A stretch of DNA of 64,000 nt from assembly GCA_026025075.1 (NCBI GenBank), contig JAPEUI010000004.1, positions 62,001 to 126,000 on the forward strand. The letters run 5' to 3'. A program made the position numbers and the translations under genes. Shown in pieces: positions 12,463 to 23,700 of the stretch (position 1 is the stretch's first letter; every line of letters begins with the position of its first letter). Under the pieces are notes generated by a model. It saw only the letters and a program-made list of their open reading frames with translations. It was not told the origin of the DNA and ran no database searches. This DNA comes from Vezdaea acicularis (taxonomy: Eukaryota).

Positions 12463-13264
12463 GGCGGGCTTGAATAATACTCTGATGGCAGTCTTGTTCT
12501 GTAGCTCTGATTCCTCCAGATAGGCGATTGGTTTAAGCTTTCACTGGCCTGGCTCTGAGGGAAGTGATGGCCCCCACTGAGCCACGAGAGGCACCTTTCC
12601 GCAACTTGGAGATCAGGGCTGGACTGCGGCAAATATCGACTTCTAGATGCTTTCTCTATGGATATTTGATTCCCTTTATGATTAAATACGTGCGAAAATG
12701 CTGCTGCTTTTAATAAAATTTAGGCAATTGAAGTTCGTTCTCGCGAAAGCCTCGGACAATTACATCCCTGTGTGCGCTTGGTGATGATGGTTCACCAGAC
12801 GACCCCAGTCAATTTCGTCGTTCTTCGCTAAAGCGGCCTGCCACTAGCCATTCCTCCACACAGATGTTGTTTCGCCAATACTTACCCTGAACCAATTTTT
12901 AACAACTATTGCCGAATCACTCAGCCAAAATGCGGGATCGCCCGGGCCAGCGAAGGAACAAATATGATCCGTATGTTCGAAGTGGACATAGGGAAAATTC
13001 GGGAAGAATAGAGAGACGCAGAAGGAACAGACGCAGAAAGGACGATCGACAAATTCCCACCGCCCCTCGAGCAACTCTAACAGCGACCATTAACCCTGGT
13101 TATCCATCAATGGGAGCTAGTAATCATGTACCGTATCATGAGCTATCTAGGGGACATGACGTGAGTTGCCCCACCAAATGAACTTGGAAGCTTCCAAAAA
13201 AATGCCAGAGGGCAAAATCAGAGCTAACACAAGACCATCTTTCAAACAGGAACAAGCCTACATC

Positions 13265-14317
13265 ATGGACTCTGCCAAAGCGTTGCCTAGCTTGGTGGCT
13301 CTGAAGTACGAAGTTGCAAAAAGCACAGACCAAGTCATCTTTCGCCAAACTGAACTTGCTATCTTGCAGCTCGGCAATGTATCAGTAAGTTCTTTTCACT
13401 TTGCCCCAAAGCTTACTCAACATTAATTTTGGTCAACTCCACAGTTCCAAGTGCGCTACTGCCCTACACTTATTGCAAAGCCTGAGCATAAGGACCCATT
13501 TGTGAAGAAACCAGACCCGTTCGAAAATGTACATCCGGACTTGCTTGTTCAAGAACTGCCTCAAGGAGCTCCTCGATATAACTTGATATTGAACAAATTT
13601 CCAGTGATACCAGGCCATTTCATATTAGCGACGAAATGCTTCAGACCACAAACGGACCTCCTTGACCCAGAGGACTTAGAAATGGCTTATATCTGCCTGA
13701 ATGAATGGCCTGATGATAAGTTGTTTGCGTTCTACAACTCTGGCGAGTTTAGCGGAGCTAGTCAACCACACAAACACCTGCAATTCTTGCCTGTTGATGC
13801 AATGACCACTGGCTCTGATCAGTATGGTTGGAAACTACTAGGCCAGCAGTTGGAGGGAACAGACCCTTTTCCTTCTGAGAATCTACCCTTCAAGGCATTC
13901 TTTAAATGGATTCCTCCTGACCCAAGCCCCTCCGAACTACACGATATCTACAAGCTTTTGCTTTCGGAAGCGCGGGAGGCCATTTCGCAAGGACCTGCCA
14001 TAAGCTATAATCTTGCAATGACAACTACGACAATGGCAATTTGTCCAAGAGTGAGCGAAGGATCTGATCTTTGGGCTGGGGGCAAAAATCTTGGGCCGAT
14101 TGACGTGAATGGAACGATCTTGGCGGGGACTTTGATGGTGAAGAGCTTGGAACAATGGAATGCGCTTCGAGAAGATCCGCGCCGGCTCGGGCAAATCCTG
14201 GTCAATATCGGTAAACCCATGTCTCGGACTTCGCGCCAACTCTCAGAGATGAAAGATACGAGCAAAGAGATCGACTATCCCACTCAAGACGTCAACCAAG
14301 AAAGTCGTTCTCCATAA
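13265..14317 (+). CDS. apa2: ATP adenylyltransferase / Ap4A phosphorylase, APA1/APA2 family (exons 13265-13384, 13445-14317)
   Basis: KPDPFE, LILNKFPVIPGHFILAT, FYNSGEFSGASQPHKHLQF (HxHxQ) and NGTILAGTLMVK. Intron 13385-13444 is GTAAGT...CAG. The start codon is uncertain. Confidence 0.88.
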
Positions 14318-14450
14318 TCTCAGATAGCTACACCGGAAGTGCTATGCGCTTTCAATAGTTGTAGAGTATAAGATCGGAAACGCTACAGTCAAGCTTGTCG
14401 GAATACATTTCCACTCTTTTCGAGTAGAAATGAGTGATGCAAAAACCCTA

Positions 14451-14528
14451 CTCGTGCCTACCAACCACCTTGCGCGTTCGCTTAGGTGGTGGACATACCA
14501 ACGGGACAGACACACCAACGGGACAAAT
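14451..14528 (+). repeat. Left terminal inverted repeat (78 bp)
   Basis: CTCGTGCCTACCAACCACCTTGCGCGTTCGCTTAGGTGGTGGACATACCAACGGGACAGACACACCAACGGGACAAAT is the exact reverse complement of 16910-16987. Confidence 0.95.
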
Positions 14529-14578
14529 ATCCTATGCATCAGGGTGTCGACCACTATACTTGACCATACGATCATTGA

Positions 14579-16288
14579 ATGATGTCCAGTTATAAGGACA
14601 ATGAAATCCGCCTCCAGGAAGTTTTAGTTGCTTATAAGCAGCTCGAAGAAACTTCCAACGCTCCCAAGTTACGCGCCTGGGCACGTAGCTGTAAGGTCAG
14701 CTATAAACGTCTGTTGGCCCGATATAATGGCATGCCCTCAAAACTAGGCAATTCTAATGCTCAGACATCCTTGGATATTGCCCAGGAGCATGCAATCTGT
14801 CAGTATATTGATTTGCGTCAAAGGATTCAATGTCCAATACGCCAACGGGAGCTTCGACCTTTAGCCAACTCACTCTTACAAAAAAACGATTCAACCCATC
14901 CCGGTGTCAGCACACGCTGGACAGCCCGTTTCCTAGCACGACATCCTCAATATAACATTAAAAAACATAAAACGATAGCTGCAGAGCGTAGAGGGGCAAT
15001 GGATTTCAACGCTATATCCAGACACTTTGTTGCCTTCAATGAAGCAATCATAAATCACGGCGTCCAGACAGCAGATTTATATAACGTTGATGAATCAGGT
15101 TTTCAGTTGGGCATGGGACGGGCACAGAAAGTTATCCTGAATAAACTGTTGAAATCAGGACAAAACAAGGACACTATACCCAATTCTGCAAATCGAGAGA
15201 GTCTAACTGTTGTTGAGTGCATCAGTGCAGATGGAGTTGTCCTTGCCCCATTGGTCATATTTGCAGCCAAACAGATTCGGGCGCCTTGGGTCAGCAATGA
15301 CTTGAGTAACGAAACACTTCTAGCTGTCAGCGATACAGGTTATATCAACGATGATATAGCTCTTGCTTGGATAAAACAATTTGATAAGCTCAGCGCTAGG
15401 CGTCAGGTTGGCGCTGTCCGGATGCTTGTCCTAGATGGACACACAACACACCTGGGCATGGAGTTTGTTCAATACTGCGAAGAACAAAGCATCCATCTAT
15501 TCTTACTGCCCCCTCATACGACCCATATATTACAACCATTAGATGTGGGATGCTTCCAACCTTATAAACACTATCAATCTGTTATCCTGGATGAAGCTGC
15601 CTTGCGGAGCAACTTAGACTTCAACAAATTAGATTTCCTAGCTGCTCTTTCAATCGTCCGGAAACAAACCTTTAAACCAACAAATATATCTTCTGCATGG
15701 CGCAGATCAGGATTGTATCCTTATAATCCTGACCTGGTACTCAATGCACTACCAAAGACGGGACAACCATCTCGTCCTAACGCTTTCATAACGCCCCCAA
15801 GGCTTGAAAGCCCTTCTCTGGACATGACACCCACAACAGTTGCCCAGGCAGATCAATTGGCAGAATACATTATTCAGCGTGTCCAGGACAAATTGCTTTC
15901 ATCGCCTTTTAAGGATGACCTGGAACGTTTTGTCAAAGGCAGTCTATCAGCATTTTATACAAAAGAACGTATAGAAGAAGATCTGCATCGCAATCAATCA
16001 GATGCCCTTGCCCGGGCAACTAGAAAAGGCTTAACTAATAGAGTAGTCCAGCAAGGTGGAGTCATCTCAGTGGGACAAGCTCGACTATCAGTCAAGAAGC
16101 GCCAGGAAGACGATGTTAAACAGCTAGAAGGGCAGCTTAAAAGGGCACGGACTAAAGATTACAATAAGCGTCGGGCTGTCTTTAAGGCAGCAGCTGCTGC
16201 TGCTAGGGCTAAATTGAAAGCCCGGACACGATGGATGCGTTTAATGAAAGTTGTATTTATAGATATTAGAAAAGGATTGAGACAATAG
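14579..16288 (+). CDS. Fot1/pogo transposase (CENP-B-type HTH + DDE_1), 569 aa
   Basis: HTH_Tnp_Tc5-like region (WTARFLARHP). Catalytic triad YNVDESG / LVLDGHTTH / LQPLDVGCF, with 35 residues between D2 and D3 (DD35D). Confidence 0.95.
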   Translation: MMSSYKDNEIRLQEVLVAYKQLEETSNAPKLRAWARSCKVSYKRLLARYNGMPSKLGNSNAQTSLDIAQEHAICQYIDLRQRIQCPIRQRELRPLANSLLQKNDSTHPGVSTRWTARFLARHPQYNIKKHKTIAAERRGAMDFNAISRHFVAFNEAIINHGVQTADLYNVDESGFQLGMGRAQKVILNKLLKSGQNKDTIPNSANRESLTVVECISADGVVLAPLVIFAAKQIRAPWVSNDLSNETLLAVSDTGYINDDIALAWIKQFDKLSARRQVGAVRMLVLDGHTTHLGMEFVQYCEEQSIHLFLLPPHTTHILQPLDVGCFQPYKHYQSVILDEAALRSNLDFNKLDFLAALSIVRKQTFKPTNISSAWRRSGLYPYNPDLVLNALPKTGQPSRPNAFITPPRLESPSLDMTPTTVAQADQLAEYIIQRVQDKLLSSPFKDDLERFVKGSLSAFYTKERIEEDLHRNQSDALARATRKGLTNRVVQQGGVISVGQARLSVKKRQEDDVKQLEGQLKRARTKDYNKRRAVFKAAAAAARAKLKARTRWMRLMKVVFIDIRKGLRQ

Positions 16289-16309
16289 AAAATGGATAGC
16301 AGGACATTT

Positions 16310-16780
16310 AATACTACCCGTCAGGACAATGCTACCTGTCAGGACAACGCTACCTGTCAGGACAATACTACCTGTCCGGACAATACTACCTGTTTGGACA
16401 CTACTATCTGTCAGGACAACGCTATTTGTCCAGACAATACTATCTGTCAGGACAACACTATCTGTGAGGACATCGCTATTTGTCAGAATAATGCTGTCTA
16501 TTAGGATAACGCTACCTGTCAGAATAACGCTACCTATTTGAACAATGCTATCTGTCAGGACAAAGCTATCCGTTAGGATAACGCTACCTGTCAGGACAAC
16601 GCTACTTGTCAGAACAACGCTATCTACCAAAATAGCATTGCTTATCAAGACAACATTGTCTATCAAGACAATGCTTTCTATCTGGACAACGCTATTTAGT
16701 AGAACAATGCTACTTATCAGGACAATGCAACTTATTGGGACAACGCTGCTTACCTGAATGACGCTATTTATTTGGACAAA
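16310..16780. repeat. 18-bp minisatellite inside the transposon: 25 full units (16321-16770) plus partial units; consensus TCAGGACAACGCTACCTG
   Basis: Units counted by eye at an exact 18-bp phase with no indels. Confidence 0.95.
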
Positions 16781-16909
16781 TAATGCTTTTCCGGAAACAG
16801 TCATATATGGATCAATGCTTCTCTGATAGACAAGATTATCCAGATACAGTTGTCCCTTCTGTCCTAGCAAGGAGACGCCGCTGCTTCTCCTCCTTGCTGT
16901 CCTTATGCA

Positions 16910-16987
16910 ATTTGTCCCGTTGGTGTGTCTGTCCCGTTGGTATGTCCACCACCTAAGCGAACGCGCAAGGTGGTTGGTAGGCACGAG
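16910..16987 (-). repeat. Right terminal inverted repeat (78 bp)
   Basis: Exact reverse complement of 14451-14528. Confidence 0.95.
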
Positions 16988-17167
16988 TAGTCGTCGTTCC
17001 GCAGATTAAGTTTTAGTCCTCGCCCCACGAGCCGAGGTCCAGCATGACGTCCGACCTCACCAAAAAATTGCTAGCCAAACAACCACAACACCCTCTTCAC
17101 CCAATCGTACACTTACCCGGTAACCAACCCGTCTCTTCCCAATGCCACGCCCCCAATTCAGCTTAAC

Positions 17168-18056
17168 ATGCCACCCCCCATCCTCACCCCCTCCTACCTC
17201 CTCCGTCTCTCCACCCACCCCGTCCTGCCCAGGCATACCTGGTACCTGATCACGAGCGTGACCCTCAGCATGCTCAACCGCCCAGACGAGATTCCGAACG
17301 TGCTCACCCACGCCTTCTCGCACGGCGCTGGAGGACCCGGGGTAACCCCCCGTCCAATTGTAGAGATGGAAGAGCAATTGCTGGTTGCGCGCCGTATGAG
17401 GGAGGGTTTGCTCAAGGGCGCTGCGATTGGGGGGTTGCCGAAGGTAACTATTCCCCCCTCCTTCCCATAACCCAACCCATCTTCCTCCTCTATATGGCAC
17501 TGAAACCCTAGCCGTGCGCGCAACCAAACAGACAATCAATGCGCTCTTAACCCTCAAATCCGGCACGCCACCGCACCTGCTCGACCTGCCCCCCTCCGCA
17601 CCAGCCAGACCATCCATTCCCTCCCTCAACCCCTTACCCCCTCTCTCCCCTAACGAACTCAGCACCTCCCCCCTCCCCATCCTCACGCGGGGTACCACCT
17701 TCTTCAACAAGGTCTACGGCAAGATAAGCAACCGGATAACAGCCCAACTGCAGTACAGCGGGACGCCCTCCCTCGCCACTCTAGCGCACCTCCTCTACAG
17801 CCACGTGCTCTCGGACGAAACCGTGTTGGACGCGCGCGACACCTCGTTCGTGCTGGTCGCGGGCTTGGTGCCGCAGGATGTGAATCCGCAGCTGAAGGGC
17901 CATTTGAGGGGATGTTTGAATAATGGGGCGAGGGTGGAGGAGGTGCGAGCGGTGCGGGATGTGGCGGTGGAGGTGTGTGAGAGGGCAGGGATGAGGGTGT
18001 TGGGTTCAGACGAAAAAGGAGGGTGGGGGTGGAGGGGGAGGGTGGAGAATATATGA
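17168..18056 (+). CDS. Carboxymuconolactone decarboxylase / AhpD-like family protein (exons 17168-17443, 17532-18056)
   Basis: RRMREGLLKGAAIGGLPK|TINAL and LVPQDVNPQLKGHLRGCLNNGA are typical of fungal CMD-like proteins. Intron 17444-17531 is GTAACT...CAG. Confidence 0.8.
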
Positions 18057-18325
18057 GGTCCGGTCTGTATTTGTCACGCGTTGGGAAAGAGGGGCCGGGG
18101 CGGTTTAAATTTACAGCAATTGATATTGAGCAAGTGCCCTGATAGCTATCTACGCGATATTCTACAGGGAGACCCAGTTAGCTACTACGCCACCATTTCC
18201 AAAGCTCAGATAACCCCCTCCGTCTGCCCTCATGAACCTACATTACACACAAGAGTCCCTATACATCAAACAGCGGTCAGCGAAATGTGGGCGCAACCAC
18301 TGTGTTATACATATCCCCCTAAATG

Positions 18326-20712
18326 TTAAAGAGTCACTGAGAAGGGAGAGCTTGCGCGACTCGCAGCACTAGTCGGCCTATCGGCAGTATTATACGTGCG
18401 GACTGCATCCATATGTTTGTTAATGCCCCGTTCTTCCCCGAAATACCTATCATGCAAACTTGCAATACTCTCGGCCGAATGAATACCCGCATCACTGGGC
18501 TGCCGTGACCTCGGCTTCCGTGGGACTTGAGGATTCACCGGCGGCGCCTGCCTCCAGCGGCGGCCACTTCCGTTAGGTTGTTCTTCATCAACGAGCACGA
18601 CCATCCAGACACCGATCTGCTTATTAGAGCCGAGCAAGGGGGTGCAATGGATCCAGCGGTTACGGCCGTCTTCGTCGGCTTTGGAGACCCAACGTACTTT
18701 GGCGGTGATGCCGCGTCCTTCGGCGAAGGCAGCCATCAATTCCGAGTGTACACGGGCCGAGCCGCCAATTTTATTGAGGAAGGGTGATTGCAGGATGCCG
18801 GGAACGCGGAGTGTAGGACTGGCAAAGAGAATGCGAAGGGAAGGGTAGGGCCGGATCAGGAGGTACTGGCAGGTTGTGAGCGTTCTGTCTTAGCAAGACG
18901 GATGGCGAGAGCGTTTGACTTACATGGGAATATACGCCGCTGAGCTTGCCACTGTTAGCGATCCGCTCTACAGCAGATGGCCCGATTGATCGAGCTGGTT
19001 CTCCTCCATCCTCCTTGAGTACGAGCCGCGGCCGGTGCCATGTGCTTGCCGTCTCTAAGTCGTCCTCTTGCTCACGATGCATTTGCCCCCCGCACCTGCG
19101 TACAGTCTCAAGCTCCTGTGTGTTGAGCATTTCACTAAGCTCCTGGAACTCATCCTTCTTCTCGCTCTGGGTTTCTACCACAGCAGCTTTCGATCGCGAT
19201 TGCTCTTCCAACAGCCGTGAGAGGGATTCAAATTCCGTGCAGTCCTTCGCAAGGCCGCTGACATCCACTTGTGCTCCGATGAAATATCGGATACGTCCTC
19301 TACTATCACAAAGGGGGGCAGTCATAAGCAGATTTAGGAAAGGCGAACCATCTCGTCGACTGTAAGGCCTGTCAGTCGATTCTGGGCGAGATGGTCAAAA
19401 CAGGCGAAGCTTACTAATTCAAGAATACCTCACAGTGTTCTTTGCCCTTTTCAACTGATTGGCGAATCCTTCGTACGCTAAAGGGATCTGTCTTTGGGCC
19501 TTGAAGGAAGCGGCAATTGCGACCAATGACGTAACTCATGCCATATTGAGTAGTGCGGTGAAATTCTGCCTCATGTTAGAAGGCATTTAGAAACACGCTG
19601 GGCTTGTAGACCGACCTTCGGAAGCAAATACAATTGGATTGTCTGGACGACTAGGGTCTGTCAAGCAGAAGACCTCAGCTAGCCCTTCAGATGCCTCCCT
19701 AAGATGTGGCGCAAGCGTTCCAGTGACCCTCTTGATGATGCTGGCGCTCACGATCTGAATGTACTGGTGAGTGACGTATGCTGGAAGATCCTCACGCACG
19801 AGCACGTTGAAAGCCTGTGAAGCCTTTGTCTCGAGCGTTGAGTTGGTGGTTACGCGAGTGGGGGTGATCGTGAAGTCGTGACTTTCAATAGCCTCTAGAG
19901 AGCTGGCTACAGCATTGGCATAGCTGATCGCCTTGAGCGCCTTTGTGGCATCGAGATAGTATATGAGAACTGGCACAGACTTCGGACGACAAGCGCTCAA
20001 GTAAGCCGTAAATTTGAGAAGCAAAGGGGGGTCGCTGAATATGATGTTCAGGTGTTCTTTAGAAAATAGCTGGTCAGTCCTCGTTTCAAGCGAGTACATG
20101 TCCGAATCTCCAACGGGTGGCGCAATCAAGTCATATGACTGTGGATCATCCTCCTCCTCTAAAGGTTCCAAACAGTCATTCGAGTTTGGGGGACCTCGAA
20201 CTTGTAAAGCTGGAAGACTAGAGGTCGCGCTGGTGTCGTAAGCTTCGTCCGAGGAAGTATATGATCGAGTACTCATCGGCCTTGAGTCGTGTGAAGGGTC
20301 GGAATGAGGGTATTCTTGTGGATTGTCGTCGAATGATTGTTGGTCAAAGTTGCTCCTATGATCACATGCGTCAGAAACACTTCGGGTTCTTTAAAGTTTA
20401 CGAAATTATCTAGGTGGGTGGATATACGAAGTTGACATACTGTGAGAAGTCGGGAACGTTAGCTGACCCATTATGGTCCTGGCTACGCCGTCGAATGTGA
20501 ACAATTGCGGCGGATGGTTTTGCATATGCTTCCATGGGGTATTGGCGATTTTGAGGGGTTTGCGTTCGGGAGATGCCTTCTTCCCTGGCCTCATACTGAA
20601 TCCTTCGAGCGCCGGCAGCTGCAGGATTGGGAAGTACAGTCAGAGGAGGGGGCCCAATGTCACGCCGCAATTGCGAGTGTGAAGTCTGCTTGCGTAGGCC
20701 GAGTTCTGTCAT
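18326..20712 (-). CDS. RGS-LOV-DUF type blue-light photoreceptor (exons 20712-20441, 20355-19616, 19565-19415, 19359-18924, 18865-18326)
   Basis: The spliced product contains FCLTDPSRPDNPIVFASEEF...GRNCRFLQGPKT...NYRRDGSPFLNLL...YFIGAQVDV, a LOV domain with the photoactive Cys (GRNCRFLQ at 19501-19524). An RGS-like helical region precedes it. All four GT-AG introns keep the frame. Confidence 0.88.
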
Positions 20713-23700
20713 TTTGCTGTCTTTACCGTCACCCAGGTGGCCTGCTTGAGGTTCAGTGGCGATGGCGTTCGTGGGAGGCAGTCAATTGGAGATTGAAGAA
20801 TCCCAGCGAGGCAAATTCCTCGGATGGGAATAGTCGTGATGTCAACAGTACAACGGATGGCAGAGAGATCAAGTACGGAACACAAAAAGCGCAAACACCG
20901 ACATTATGTTCACATGGGGCAGGAGCACAATCTTTTAGATTCGAGAGAAGGTCGGCCGTTCCTTCCCTGCACGTCGTCTGCTCCGAGAGCTTGGGAAGCC
21001 CGAAAGGGGAAACCGCCTCCAGCCCTTAGTCTCACCGGCCGGACGCCACATGATGAGCAGCTGCAGGCGCATGATCTCTTGGCGAGACGGAGGCCTCCCA
21101 GCTGAAGCTCGAGGAGAACATCTGTAGTGCGGTCTGTGGTGCGCCGCGCAAGAGGTTCGCACCATCGAAGAAGGTCGGCGCAGCGAGGGCAACACGCCAA
21201 TTGCGAGCTGCGTGCCGCAAGGCCACTAGCGACGCGAGTGACAGAAAGCTCGGGGAGGCGGGCTTTAGCGGAGCCGTCGTTCGGTCGGTGAGGTGTCCGT
21301 CGAACGTCAATTCCCAGGTTGATGTCCGTCCGCTCCGTAATCGCGCTATTGAAGTGGTCCGGCCGCGGCAAACCACAGGGACTCGGACCTTCGCGAGACA
21401 ACTCGAGCACGACAGATTTACGCGGCAGCGGAGAAACTTAAAGATCGAAGGGGTTGTCCCAAGACTTGGCCGAGTCTCTGTGGCGGAAGAATTAATTCCA
21501 ACATTCTTTCCTCTGCGGCAATGGTGGCGGCGTTCGGCATGTCTCTGCCAGCCAGCAACGGCTCTTCTGGGCCCATTCATCTTCGAACAGGTTTGCTACG
21601 AAGGTTTGGCGGCGGCATCGCCATGGACTGATTCGTCCTCCCCAGATTGCAAAAAAGATTTGCCGCCTCAGTCCCCGCAGCCCTGTCCCGGCCACATGGG
21701 AAGGCGTTCGCGCCCGTTTTGCTTTTGGCGGAACGCAAACGACATGCCCGATAGATTACGGCAAGTTAACGCGTTCTCCACACCATTTCTACTGTCTTAC
21801 GAGTCTTGCACAGAGGGCCGCATTATTGCAAACAGACAACACTGCGTATGAACACCCGTATCGTCATGGAGTCACGGACCGCACGGGATACAGGCACAAG
21901 TATAGGGGAACGACGGAAGCGAGCATGACCGTTGATTGGCACGTGAAGGGCAATCGACAATCTCGATGGCCCTGCGGTGGGAATCCTGCATCTATCCGCC
22001 TGTCCCTCCCTCCTCTTCCGGACATTCCCTCGCATACGGTAATCAACGCAGGCTATCTTCTTTGCTTCTCTGCGCAGCGATTGCGTTCCTTGCGCAAGCT
22101 CGCAGGGAAAGCATGAATCGAGGCGAACGAGTGAAGGCGGGGACGTGCATGTTGATCCCAGCTGCGCCTAGCCCGACCCCTGACCCTGGCCCCTTTCCTC
22201 ATTCGGAAGCGGGTCACGACCGGGAGCCCGTCACATTTTACGATGGTGCCAGCCGCCCTCTCGCTACCGAACCCGCTCAAAGATCCAGCTGTGCGGCCCT
22301 GGTCGTTCACAGGATGGCGTCGCTGGTGGCCAGGGAGTCGCTGTTATCGACGACGATCGTGCGAAGGTGCCTTCCCGCGATCGAACTCACATGTCGTTCG
22401 CTCGACTCTGCCGCCCTTTCCCTCCGGATTACACTTTATGACGGATCCACGGTCCCTCTTCCTGTGATGCATCACGCACGCAACTGCAGCCGATTGCTGC
22501 GATAGGACGACAGGCCACATCAGCCAATGAGAACACCGCATTGATCCGGATGTTCAATCAAGGCGCGCGAGAGATAGGAGCCGGCAGGGCCTTCGACGCC
22601 CATCATGACAAGAATGCCGCGGTCGTGGAAAAAGGGGCGCTCTCGTGCCGTCTTCCATGAAAACTTTTCATCGAAAAGCGATTGTCGGTCAACAATGGCC
22701 AGCCCCCTCCTCCGCCGCTCAACGGCTTCCACGCGACCCCAGATTGGAGGCATTAGGGCCGAGCTGCCCCCAAAACCGGGCCGATCGCTAGCTGCTTGTT
22801 ACGACTTCCCTTCCGATGGGTCACTAAGGCCGACAGTGAGGGCTAGCCTGCCGACGCTTTTCCCGAGACGGACGTTCGAGAGACGCCCATGTCTCGGATC
22901 CCCAAAGTTCATCCGAGCAATTCCCTCTGCCGCGAGCTCATGCGGCAACGTCAAATACGATCCTGCCCTCGGACCTTCATTTCATGAATGGCAACAGTCT
23001 GTCGCGGCATGTGCCGGTCCCTGCTCAATCGGCGATCGGAGACATTCTTTGCGGTTTGCTTCAACTGTAATATGACGCCCGTCCAATAACACTGATTCCC
23101 AACAACCTCCTGCTTGGGACACGTACCTCCATCGATCGAGATCTAGGCGTTGCTTTTTTGCATCGTTGGACCCCCGGTGATGGCGCGATCGCAGGTCCAC
23201 AGAAGAGGGCCACCGATGTTTGTAATCTATTGGGTTCGATGAGGTGGCTTCTCTCACGGTATGATCAACCGATGTGCCGTCGATCTCAACTCGCCGAGTT
23301 TTAATTGGTATATTGCCCATTTCCATGGCACGTGAGAGGTGGTAAGTGAAGCGCTGACACTGACCTCCATCGCCTTCATGACGCAACACCTCACTGCTTC
23401 GGAAAGTTACAGTGTCGTGCATCATGCCTTCATGCGTGAAGTAGGATATATTGCTCTTTGTCATCCCATGGCAAACTGCTCGCCCCTATTTATATCGGCT
23501 AGCTTAGGATCGGGAACCTCTATAAGAACTGTACCTTCCCGTGCGTCATGCGACGCGAGAAGTTCACGCATTCGACGCCGTGTTGCATCGAACTCCCTCT
23601 CAAAGGAACTTTTTTCTTTAGAAAAAAACTCGAGCACTGCCCCTGCCATTGCTCAGGCACGATTGCTCTTGTCTTGAAGAAGGGCGATCTACGCCCTATG

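Larger units (their letters stand above)
14451..16987 (+). mobile_element. Full-length Tc1/mariner superfamily, pogo/Fot1-type DNA transposon (2537 bp)
   Basis: Identical 78-bp inverted repeats at 14451-14528 and 16910-16987. TA flanks on both sides (14449-14450, 16988-16989). It contains an intact DDE_1 transposase. Confidence 0.95.

Noticed and set aside
16310..16780. CRISPR-like array
   Set aside because: The units are head-to-tail with no unique spacers, there are no cas genes, and the context is eukaryotic.
16241..16984. 247-aa antisense ORF with (VLTGSV)n hexapeptide repeats, resembling a beta-helix
   Set aside because: It starts at GTG inside the TIR. The consensus codons in this frame (ACA GGT AGC GTT GTC CTG) cannot become stops by a single transition, so an open frame is expected without selection.
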